A DNA stretch of 40,510 bases from a virus (Duplodnaviria; Caudoviricetes), in IMG/VR virus record IMGVR_UViG_3300025112_000051, positions 1 to 40,510 of that record; one strand, 5' to 3'. Each line of letters opens with the position of its first letter. Position 1 is the first letter of the stretch. Shown piece by piece: positions 33,204 to 40,510 of this stretch. The notes under the pieces were generated by a model that saw nothing but the letters and a program-made list of their open reading frames with translations, was not told the DNA's origin and ran no database searches. Both the position numbers and the translations under genes were made by a program.

Positions 33204-34721
33204 TCACTCGCTTGAGAATGTACCGTATCGCCTGCGGACGCGCTGTCCAGCCAAAGAGACCGGCTCAACAACACGACCTGGGTTGGCGTAGCGGTGGCGG
33301 TACCGCCTGGCCAGCACCTGATAGCGGTCGAGGTGCAGCTGGGCACCGGTCTGGTCTGCCCCGTCGTTTAGGCAGAGGTAGTACAGGGACAGCTCAATGA
33401 GAGCAGGCACCGCGTCACGCTGAATCGGGGCTGTATCCTGGTCGTGAACGAACTTGCGGGGCAACCTGAGCACCCGCATGTCCAGCTCGTAGTCCGCGTC
33501 CTGATGCGGATAGACCTTATAGGCATAGTAGCCTGTACTGTGCTTCAGAGGTCTGTAGTAGTCGGGGATGCGCGCACCAGTCCACTCGTAGACAGCGGTG
33601 TCTGGTGTTTGCGCTGCCGGGTCTACCTCGGCCAGTAGATAGAAGATGTTGGCCTTCTCGACGTTGTTGTACTCACCTGCACCGCTGGCGAGAATGTCGC
33701 TTCTCGCCACGTAGAAGCGAATGCGCAGCCCTGAGTACGTCTCTCGCGGGGTTCCTGTCACATCGAAGTTGGTCATCGCATCGATGTTGACTGCCTGGAT
33801 TACGACTGACTGACCAGCAGCCGCCAAGCCGTCATGGGTAAACACCTTGCTGACAGGTGATGGCGCACTCTCCCAGACCGGGTCTTGAATCCCACCTGGT
33901 GCAACCTGCCACTCTTGGCCCCGCTTACCCCACACGTAGGTGTAGCAGAAGGTGAACTCACCCTCCTGTACTGGACCGACCCAGCCACCTTTGTCGCGGT
34001 TTATCCAAGTCGTTGGAGCCGCACGAGGTGGCTGCACTTGGAAGTGGCGCCCTCGCCACATGCGGTAGGGTCGACCCTTGGATGTACCCCGGAAGTCGAT
34101 CATGTCCTGGCGATACGCGCCGCCTGTGTCCAACGCCCAGACCTGCTGGCGCGTCTCGTCCCAGATGCGCGCAGGCTCAAGAATGCGCATCACGTCATCG
34201 GTGACGTAGAACTCTGGCTGATGAATGCGGAAGTCCATCAGCGTGTCGGTGGTGTTCCGCCACGGACGGTCGAGAGAGACGAAGTACTGATAGTCTGGTG
34301 CACCCGTCGACAGCACAGACCACCATTCTCGACTCTGGCGTCGATACCAGGTTCCACCCGCGTCCTTGATCTCCAGGTGCATCAGCCCATCCCAGGTGCC
34401 GTTGGTCTTTGGCGTCCACAGGGGCGATATCGGAAAGTTGTCCCCCGCGCTGTCGGTAAACTGCAGCACACGAGCATCTGTGCTGACCACTTTGACCCGT
34501 GCCGTCTCCGTGGTGATGACATCGGTAGATGAGCCCACGACATCGCCGTAGATCGACACGTGCTCCTCGTCGGGAACGAGAGCTTCAGGCACATCACCGG
34601 CCATGCGGTCGAGCGCCGTGTTTAACGAAGCACGGACCCGGTTGTTCATCGTCGTGCCTGAGCTGTCCCACGCTCTGAACTCAAGTAGACGAGACCGCAG
34701 TGCGCCAAGGCTGGTGTCCAC
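33204..34721 (-). CDS. Head-to-tail adaptor (tail tubular protein A-like) with inserted domains
   Basis: N-terminal helix SLGALRSRLL...LNTALDRM, central GRPYR, C-terminal DQDTAPI...ALIELSLYYL...RYQ helices typical of adaptors; GGAGG RBS, GTG start. Confidence 0.65.
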   Translation of the reverse strand: MDTSLGALRSRLLEFRAWDSSGTTMNNRVRASLNTALDRMAGDVPEALVPDEEHVSIYGDVVGSSTDVITTETARVKVVSTDARVLQFTDSAGDNFPISPLWTPKTNGTWDGLMHLEIKDAGGTWYRRQSREWWSVLSTGAPDYQYFVSLDRPWRNTTDTLMDFRIHQPEFYVTDDVMRILEPARIWDETRQQVWALDTGGAYRQDMIDFRGTSKGRPYRMWRGRHFQVQPPRAAPTTWINRDKGGWVGPVQEGEFTFCYTYVWGKRGQEWQVAPGGIQDPVWESAPSPVSKVFTHDGLAAAGQSVVIQAVNIDAMTNFDVTGTPRETYSGLRIRFYVARSDILASGAGEYNNVEKANIFYLLAEVDPAAQTPDTAVYEWTGARIPDYYRPLKHSTGYYAYKVYPHQDADYELDMRVLRLPRKFVHDQDTAPIQRDAVPALIELSLYYLCLNDGADQTGAQLHLDRYQVLARRYRHRYANPGRVVEPVSLAGQRVRRRYGTFSSE

Positions 34722-34737
34722 ATGTCCTCCAAGCAGA

Positions 34738-34771
34738 GAGCGCCAAGGCCTCTGAAGAAGCCCCGGCGCTC
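34738..34771 (-). terminator. GC-rich hairpin between cement and adaptor genes (terminator or leader structure)
   Basis: GAGCGCC/GGCGCTC stem extended by G-U pairs on the - strand; weak U tract; TGaTAGACT extended -10 directly upstream (34780-34772). Confidence 0.45.
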
Positions 34772-34818
34772 AGTCTATCACGACGTGATGTCTATGACGG
34801 GATATCGATCCGATTGGA

Positions 34819-35349
34819 CTACTGGCCCAAGCGGACATCCATTGCAACCGTACCGCTCACAGGCGAGCCGGTCGCTGTGAGAGCAATGCCAATAAGAGTA
34901 CCGGCTGCGGTATTGTCATCGACATTTCCAGAAGCCGTGCCGCCATCAGTATCAAGGAACAGACCACAAGTGATCCCTGCGGATGCCTTAGCAACGGCCT
35001 GACCATCACAAACGATCCACCCGTACTCGGTGATAGCGATTGCGTGCTGCGCGATACCTTGAACTCTCAAGGAGTTATCTCCTGCCGAGGTAGTTGGTCG
35101 CACGAGGAACCGTGAGTTTACAACAGACACATCGTTCTGCACGACGCAATCATATGCAGCAAGCGCCACAGTGGCCCGAACGAACACCCAGGTCCGAGAG
35201 CCTTGCAGGCCCAAAGACGTAGTACCGTCTGTATGCACCGCTGCTACGACTTCATCCGCAGATTCCACGAACTTAGTACCCAATGGGTACTGTGCCGTAG
35301 AGTACGTCGTGCTGAGTGCGTCGGTCTTGACTCTGTTTCCATATGCCAT
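34819..35349 (-). CDS. Capsid cement/decoration protein
   Basis: Directly after the major capsid gene; YPLGT...WVFVRA...GIAQHAI...YGWIVCDG...IGIAL pattern of small capsid-stabilising proteins; AGGAG RBS. Confidence 0.65.
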   Translation of the reverse strand: MAYGNRVKTDALSTTYSTAQYPLGTKFVESADEVVAAVHTDGTTSLGLQGSRTWVFVRATVALAAYDCVVQNDVSVVNSRFLVRPTTSAGDNSLRVQGIAQHAIAITEYGWIVCDGQAVAKASAGITCGLFLDTDGGTASGNVDDNTAAGTLIGIALTATGSPVSGTVAMDVRLGQ

Positions 35350-35358
35350 GATGAACTC

Positions 35359-36408
35359 CTACGCGGCGCCGCCGGAAACGACACCCTGAGCAGGCGTCTT
35401 GGTACAGATCATGTTGCACTGCATCGAGAAGATAGCAGTCACAACGTCCTGGTCACCGACACGTTCCTTGAACTCGGTGATCTTCGGAGCCTCATGAGCA
35501 GGCATCTCGATGAAGTCAGTGTTGAGAATGTAGGTGACACCGTCAGATCCGTCGCCGGAGAACTGAGAACGGTCGAGGTCGAGCGAACTGTACACCGAGG
35601 CCACACCAAGGTCGAGACCCAGCATGTTGGTCTTTTCCGTCTTGTCTTCGAGAACCTGAACACGGATGTTGGTCCGCTTCGTCTCCTCGAAGTTGGCGTA
35701 GACTTCGTCGTCCATGATCACGAGGTCAGGACCCTTGCCCATGCCGCCCGCGTAGTGCGCACACTGCCGATAGACGCGGCGTAGGTCGAGGAGGCCGTCT
35801 GTGGCCCACGCGCCGATGTCGAGCCAGTTGTTGAAGTGGAAGTAGCTGCTGCTCTTATCCACATTCTGAACCGTAGCAGTCTGTGCCGACGGAGCAGCGA
35901 AGTCCAACAGCCCGTTCGTCACTCCAGTACCGATGCCGTCGGAGATTTCTCCGTTCAGCGTCAGCATGCCCTTCAGCTCAGACGTCTGGAAGACGAGCCC
36001 GCGCGACACACCCGTCAGAAGATACGCGTTGAGGTCCGACATCGCACCCTGCATGGTGGTCTGGGGATACTCCTCGATGAGTCGAATCACAGCCAGCTTG
36101 CCGCTGTTGTAGTTCAGCTCCTTCTTGGGGATGTTGATCGCGACGACGAGTCGATGCGGCTCCACCTTGAAGCGCTTGACCTGCTGACGTCGGGTCATGT
36201 TGAGGAGTTCGTCGCCGACGTAGACGCCGACACCGCGAGCCGGAGCGCCACCTGCGAAGGAGCGCTCGATTAGCGAGCCGCTCTCCATGGGCATGCGGGC
36301 CTTCTTATCGAGGGCCTCCCAAAGCTCATTGCTGCGAACGAACGAGTTGACCAGCGGACCACGAAGGTCACTAAAGGTCGTGTTCAGAACCTCAGTTGAA
36401 ATCGCCAT
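35359..36408 (-). CDS. Major capsid protein (HK97 fold)
   Basis: 349 aa; NTT...LVNSF..SN.L...L, SG..I, GPDLVIMD and terminal CNMICT...QGV segments as in podoviral coat proteins; heads the structural operon. Confidence 0.8.
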   Translation of the reverse strand: MAISTEVLNTTFSDLRGPLVNSFVRSNELWEALDKKARMPMESGSLIERSFAGGAPARGVGVYVGDELLNMTRRQQVKRFKVEPHRLVVAINIPKKELNYNSGKLAVIRLIEEYPQTTMQGAMSDLNAYLLTGVSRGLVFQTSELKGMLTLNGEISDGIGTGVTNGLLDFAAPSAQTATVQNVDKSSSYFHFNNWLDIGAWATDGLLDLRRVYRQCAHYAGGMGKGPDLVIMDDEVYANFEETKRTNIRVQVLEDKTEKTNMLGLDLGVASVYSSLDLDRSQFSGDGSDGVTYILNTDFIEMPAHEAPKITEFKERVGDQDVVTAIFSMQCNMICTKTPAQGVVSGGAA

Positions 36409-36595
36409 TGTTGTGCACCCTTACAGAGCCGAGACGTTCCTGTGGGGGCTGCACCAGCAGCATCCCGGCAGGTTGAAAGTCGAGATTGTCTCCGCTTGTC
36501 CACCTGGGCTCATGTGCGGACCATGTAGAGGCTACCCGCGAGCGCACGAGAGGGGTGCGTACTTCCGTAATACACCATGCACGGTGAGGCTGCAA
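36409..36595 (-). promoter_or_regulatory. Capsid promoter and long structured 5' leader
   Basis: TTGCAG (36595-36590), 17 nt, TATTAC (36572-36567); about 150 nt of leader with several hairpins. Confidence 0.4.
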
Positions 36596-36616
36596 GCTCC
36601 ACGACTGAATATCAGA

Positions 36617-36775
36617 TCAGTATCCGTCGCTGGTGCTGGTGCTTCTGCTGCCCTTCTTGCGTTTTTTCTCGCCCTTGACAGCCTTCTTCAACATCGCGCG
36701 GCGCACCTTGCTCTTGTCCTTCGCCGCGCAGAGGTCAGAGTACGTCGTGCCTTGAACATCGGGGCCTATGGGCAT
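36617..36775 (-). CDS. 52-aa basic protein (not in the ORF track)
   Basis: Translated by hand: MPIGPDVQGTTYSDLCAAKDKSKVRRAMLKKAVKGEKKRKKGSRSTSTSDGY; TGATG overlap with the upstream stop. Confidence 0.6.
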   Translation of the reverse strand: MPIGPDVQGTTYSDLCAAKDKSKVRRAMLKKAVKGEKKRKKGSRSTSTSDGY

Positions 36776-37026
36776 CACGCCTTCTTGGCGGCTCTCGGCA
36801 GATTACCCAGCGTCTTCGCCAGCGAGACCTGTCGAGCCAACCGTCGTTGAGATGCTGTCATCTTCGTGCCCTTCTTCTCAGCCTTACGCTTAGCCTTGGC
36901 CAACTGCTTGGCCTCCTCGTCGAGCCTCTCCTTCGGGATCTTCTCGCCTTCTTCGATTCCCAGCGTCTCTCTCAGCGCGCCTGGGCGCTTGATCGCGCCC
37001 TTGATCCATTTCTTCTCTTCAGCCAT
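36775..37026 (-). CDS. 83-aa Lys-rich phage head-region protein
   Basis: GAGGTG RBS; KKWIKGAIKRPGALR...GEKIP...LAKTL, a pattern I recognise from small basic proteins near phage head genes. It is the 3' part of track ORF 36775..37893. Confidence 0.7.
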   Translation of the reverse strand: MAEEKKWIKGAIKRPGALRETLGIEEGEKIPKERLDEEAKQLAKAKRKAEKKGTKMTASQRRLARQVSLAKTLGNLPRAAKKA

Positions 37027-37089
37027 AGCCACCTCACATGCCGATATAACGCGACGGCGGGCACGCAATGGCCATGATACCATCGCTGC

Positions 37090-38754
37090 ATGCCAGCACG
37101 CGCCAACCGGCAGCCGTCGCATCCGCTCATTCTTCCCAGCGGCGCCACGCTCGCCCGTGCTGATAATCTCGACATGCGCAAGGTGCGCGCGATGTTCGCC
37201 ACACCCGCCGCCTTTGTCAGCATGTGCCAGATCGTCAGGGAAGACGAGTCTATCGGGTATCTGAACCCCACACCGACGCAGCAACGCCTCATCGAGGCGT
37301 ACCACAGCCACCGCTGGCTGCTGGTCGACAAGTTCAGGCAGGCCAAGATCACGACCATCAGCGTCATGCTGCTGCTTCGCGACTGCCAGTACCTCGCAGG
37401 CGTGAAGGGGCTGCTCATCGCAGAGCGCCAGGACACCGCCGAGGACATCTTCGAGCGCATCCTGTTTGCCTACCGACGCTTGCCCAAGGCTGTTCAGATG
37501 CCCTTGGCCCCCGGCAGAAAGGCAGGCTCGACCCAGATGCACTTCTGTCACGGTGGCGGCATCAAGGTGCTGACGGCAGGCGGGCGCAGCCCAGCAATCG
37601 GTCGCAGCATCGACCGCCTGGTCATCACAGAGTTCGGTGAGGCCCAGTGGCAGCGCAAGGCAGCCATCAACATCTTCCCCACGGTGAACAAGCGCCCCAA
37701 CGCGCGCATCATCTTGGAGAGCACACCTGGCCGAGCAGGTAGCCATCACGAGCAGATGTGGCACTCGGCGCTCGAAGGCAAGAGCCGCTTCCACCCGTTG
37801 TTCCTCAAGTGGTGGAAAGACGAGTCGTGCGGCATCGACATCGGCGGCGACTTCAAGCTCACCGAGGAGGAGCGCGAGTATCGGACGCGTCACACGGACA
37901 TGACGCTCAACAACATGGCGTTCCGACGCTCAGCGTTGAACACCGAGTTCGTGGGGGATGAACGGCTGTTCAGCAGCAAGTACCCCTCAGACCCCTACGA
38001 TGGTTGGCTGGGTGCCTACGCCCCCATCATGCCCATCGACGTGCTCAAGCCGATGCTCGCCCACGCAATCGCAGACCCGTCGATGGGTCGATACGGTGCC
38101 CGCGAGATCGAGCCGCCCAGGACGGGCGCCAAGTACATCATCACCGCTGACCCAGCTGGGTTTGGTGGCACAGGTGACAAGAGCGCGCTCACCATTTGGG
38201 ACGCCGTCCAGCGCAAGGAGGTCGCCTTCTGGGAGGACCGCGAGGACCCCACGCGCTTCGCCTCGCGACTGATGAACCTCCAGACGCGCTACAACAACGC
38301 GCTGCTGGTGGTAGAGTCCAATGCCATGGCCTGTATCGCCGTGCTCAAGGACAGCAGCTGCCGCAACCTGTTGTGGACCGACAGGCGGCATCCAGGCTGG
38401 TACGCCACCGAGAAGCGCATCCAAGAAGCTGAGGCGCGCCTGGTCAAGCTGCTCCGCGACGGAGACCTCACAGTGCGCTCGCGCGGAACGCTCCATCAGC
38501 TGGTCAACTACGACGGCAGCCGAAAGAAGCGCGTCAGGGGCCTTGATGGCATCATGCACCACTTCGACCGCGCACGCACAGTCATCATGGCTGCTGACGT
38601 GTTGTCCCGCCGCAGCTTCACCGAGACTGCTCTGGAGGAGCACATCGGCTACCAAGCTGGACAGGTTACAATCAATGACCTCGACAAGCTCAGCAGCCGC
38701 AAGCGTGCTGAAGCTCGTAGCCCCTTCAAGCCACCTCCGCGCTCATGGAGCTGA
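37090..38754 (+). CDS. terL: Terminase large subunit
   Basis: Walker A-type KFRQAKITT, Walker B LVITE, coupling motif ESTP, FLKWW, RNase H-like nuclease motifs TADPAG..D, VVESN and HFD. Confidence 0.9.
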   Translation: MPARANRQPSHPLILPSGATLARADNLDMRKVRAMFATPAAFVSMCQIVREDESIGYLNPTPTQQRLIEAYHSHRWLLVDKFRQAKITTISVMLLLRDCQYLAGVKGLLIAERQDTAEDIFERILFAYRRLPKAVQMPLAPGRKAGSTQMHFCHGGGIKVLTAGGRSPAIGRSIDRLVITEFGEAQWQRKAAINIFPTVNKRPNARIILESTPGRAGSHHEQMWHSALEGKSRFHPLFLKWWKDESCGIDIGGDFKLTEEEREYRTRHTDMTLNNMAFRRSALNTEFVGDERLFSSKYPSDPYDGWLGAYAPIMPIDVLKPMLAHAIADPSMGRYGAREIEPPRTGAKYIITADPAGFGGTGDKSALTIWDAVQRKEVAFWEDREDPTRFASRLMNLQTRYNNALLVVESNAMACIAVLKDSSCRNLLWTDRRHPGWYATEKRIQEAEARLVKLLRDGDLTVRSRGTLHQLVNYDGSRKKRVRGLDGIMHHFDRARTVIMAADVLSRRSFTETALEEHIGYQAGQVTINDLDKLSSRKRAEARSPFKPPPRSWS

Positions 38755-38755
38755 G

Positions 38756-39181
38756 ATGCCTACATACGAAGAGTTGATAGAAGCAAAGCGCAGAGAGGCG
38801 CGGTTGGGCGAGAGCCCCCAGAGCGAGTCTCAAGCGGAAAAACGTCAGAGATTCATAGAGCATGTGCACAAGTTGCAAACCGAAAACCCGGACACGCTTC
38901 GAGAACGCTACGGCCTGACGCCCGACGAGTCCGACTGGCTACAGAGGTTCGGTGACATGGAAGATCGATTGTACCGACGAATCGTCGGTGGCGAGCAACA
39001 AAGTCCGTGGGATGAGGGAACCCGCGGAGCGCGCGGGGTCGTTGCAGGCGACCCCACTGCAGGGGCCCAACAGAAACGCGCCGAAGCCCTCAAAACCGGG
39101 CTGGCTGCGAAGAGTAAGCGCACCAAGCCCACAACCAAAGCAGAATCGTCAACGTACCGGGCTGGCCCCGAAGCCGAGTAA
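38756..39181 (+). CDS. Hypothetical charged protein between terL and portal
   Basis: ATG 38756 with GGAG upstream; 141 aa helical/basic; fills the gap exactly. Confidence 0.6.
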   Translation: MPTYEELIEAKRREARLGESPQSESQAEKRQRFIEHVHKLQTENPDTLRERYGLTPDESDWLQRFGDMEDRLYRRIVGGEQQSPWDEGTRGARGVVAGDPTAGAQQKRAEALKTGLAAKSKRTKPTTKAESSTYRAGPEAE

Positions 39182-39187
39182 CTACCA

Positions 39188-40510
39188 ATGCCCAAGCTCA
39201 GCTCTCTCATCGAGCGCCACCTCAAGTACTACCAAGCCAACGAGAAGAAGTCGTTCGACAAGGCTCGACGCTTCTACCGCGGCGCATTCTGGTCGCTACA
39301 GGACTCCACGTTCACCGACACCGACAGCATGTCGAAGTCGCTGCTGTGCTCCAAAAACCTCATCTATGCCATCGCAGACACCGCCATCAGCGCGCTGCTT
39401 GGGCCCAACCCGCAGGTCGGCGCCAACCCGCGAAGTGAAGCCGCCCAAGAGGTCGCCCCAGCCGTCAACGGTCTGATGGAGTGGACGTTCAAGTCCAACA
39501 AGATGAGGCGCCGAGCCGCCACCGCACTCATCGACGCAGTCCTCTGCAAGCGGGGCGTCTTCAAGACGGGCTGGGATGTTCTCAACGACCGCCCCAAGAT
39601 CACCGTCGTGGACCCGACCAACCTGTTCTTCGACCTCACCGTCAGAGACGTGGACGACATCCGCTACTGGCTGGAGGCCACAGTCATCCCCTGGGACGAG
39701 TTCAAGAACCGCGTCAAGTCGGGACAGTACACCGGTAAGAACCTCGATGACATCCGCTCCGACCGCTACCCCAAGTGGATGCTGGGCGACACCGCACGCG
39801 CCAACTCCGACTCGGTCAGAGACGCGTTCAAGTGGGTCACGGTCTGGGAGTACTACAACCGCGAGAGCGGCAAGATGCAGCACTACATCAAGCAGGCTGA
39901 CACCATCGTCTTCGAGGACCAGATCGACTACGTCCCCTACAGCATGTTCAGCCTGAACCAGTCAGGCATAGACTGCGCTGGACTCAGCGAGGTGCAGCTG
40001 GTGCTGAACCAGCAAGAGACGGTCAACGACCTGCTCACGCACTGGAAGCAGATCACCTACCTGATGATCCCACGCATCCTCTACGATGCTGGCCGCATCA
40101 GTGAGGAGGACCTCAACAAGGCAGTCGAGTCGTCTACCGGCTCATTCGTCGGTATCGCACCCGAGAACAGCGAAGCGCTGCGCACCCTGGCGACTCTCTT
40201 CTACGAGATGCCGATGCCCATGGCGCCTACGGGCGTCAAGGAGTTCATCATGCGCCAGGAAGACGATGCAGCGTTCGTCAGCGCCCTCGCTGAGGCTGCC
40301 CGCGGTCAGGTCACCGGGGCCCGCACCGCCACCGAGATGGCGATCATCGACGCCCAGATGCGCACGCGCCTGGCCACGCGCGAGGGGCACATCAACGACG
40401 CGCTCGAAGACGTAGCCGCCAAGGCCTTCTACCTCAGCCGCAAGTACATGTCTGAGCCCAAGATGGTACGCGTGGCGGGTGGGCGTAAGTGGGCGACCGT
40501 CTCGCTGGAC
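39188..40510 (+). CDS. Portal protein (P22-like), 3'-truncated; not in the ORF track
   Basis: Open frame from ATG 39188 to the window end: MPKLSSLIERH...RFYRGAFW...NLIYAIADT...NPQV...DAVLCKRGVFKTGWD...VDPTNLFFD...RTATEMAII. Confidence 0.85.
   Translation, partial: MPKLSSLIERHLKYYQANEKKSFDKARRFYRGAFWSLQDSTFTDTDSMSKSLLCSKNLIYAIADTAISALLGPNPQVGANPRSEAAQEVAPAVNGLMEWTFKSNKMRRRAATALIDAVLCKRGVFKTGWDVLNDRPKITVVDPTNLFFDLTVRDVDDIRYWLEATVIPWDEFKNRVKSGQYTGKNLDDIRSDRYPKWMLGDTARANSDSVRDAFKWVTVWEYYNRESGKMQHYIKQADTIVFEDQIDYVPYSMFSLNQSGIDCAGLSEVQLVLNQQETVNDLLTHWKQITYLMIPRILYDAGRISEEDLNKAVESSTGSFVGIAPENSEALRTLATLFYEMPMPMAPTGVKEFIMRQEDDAAFVSALAEAARGQVTGARTATEMAIIDAQMRTRLATREGHINDALEDVAAKAFYLSRKYMSEPKMVRVAGGRKWATVSLD

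Noticed and set aside
36661-36670. A6 run as a -1 frameshift site (also TTTTTTAAA near 27143-27151)
   Set aside because: Not phased as X XXY YYZ and no useful alternative frame was evident.
37027-37893. 5' part of the 372-aa - strand ORF 36775..37893
   Set aside because: Antisense shadow of terL; only the last 83 codons have an RBS and a plausible protein.
1-40510. Integrase, reverse transcriptase/DGR, inteins, introns, stop-codon recoding
   Set aside because: No supporting motifs seen; genes are intact under the standard code and TAA, TAG and TGA all serve as stops.

Overview
The whole window reads as a GC-rich (about 60-65% by spot counts) tailed dsDNA phage segment with short-tailed (podovirus-type, P22/T7-like) virion architecture. 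No host housekeeping genes, integrase, tRNA or CRISPR array were seen. Left end (+): replication and regulation genes (truncated Rad50/SbcC-like ATPase, NrdR-type Zn ribbon, DUF927 helicase, XRE HTH), with a strongly structured non-coding element in front of the helicase. From 37026 down to 4061 (-): small basic proteins, HK97-type major capsid, cement protein, adaptor, nozzle, tail proteins, a block of ejection/internal proteins ending in a 4201-aa giant, tail-fibre/decoration genes and a seven-gene lysis cassette with an L,D-transpeptidase-motif endolysin. Right end (+), transcribed divergently: terminase large subunit and portal (runs off the window). The best candidate for a new system is the giant protein. 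It looks like a virion-delivered, self-processing polyprotein: JAB/JAMM, ADP-ribosyltransferase-like, GNAT-like, unknown and zincin modules are each bounded by a recurring [VIL]-L-x-Q motif, and several have lower GC than the scaffold. All family calls come from motif recognition by eye, not from searches.
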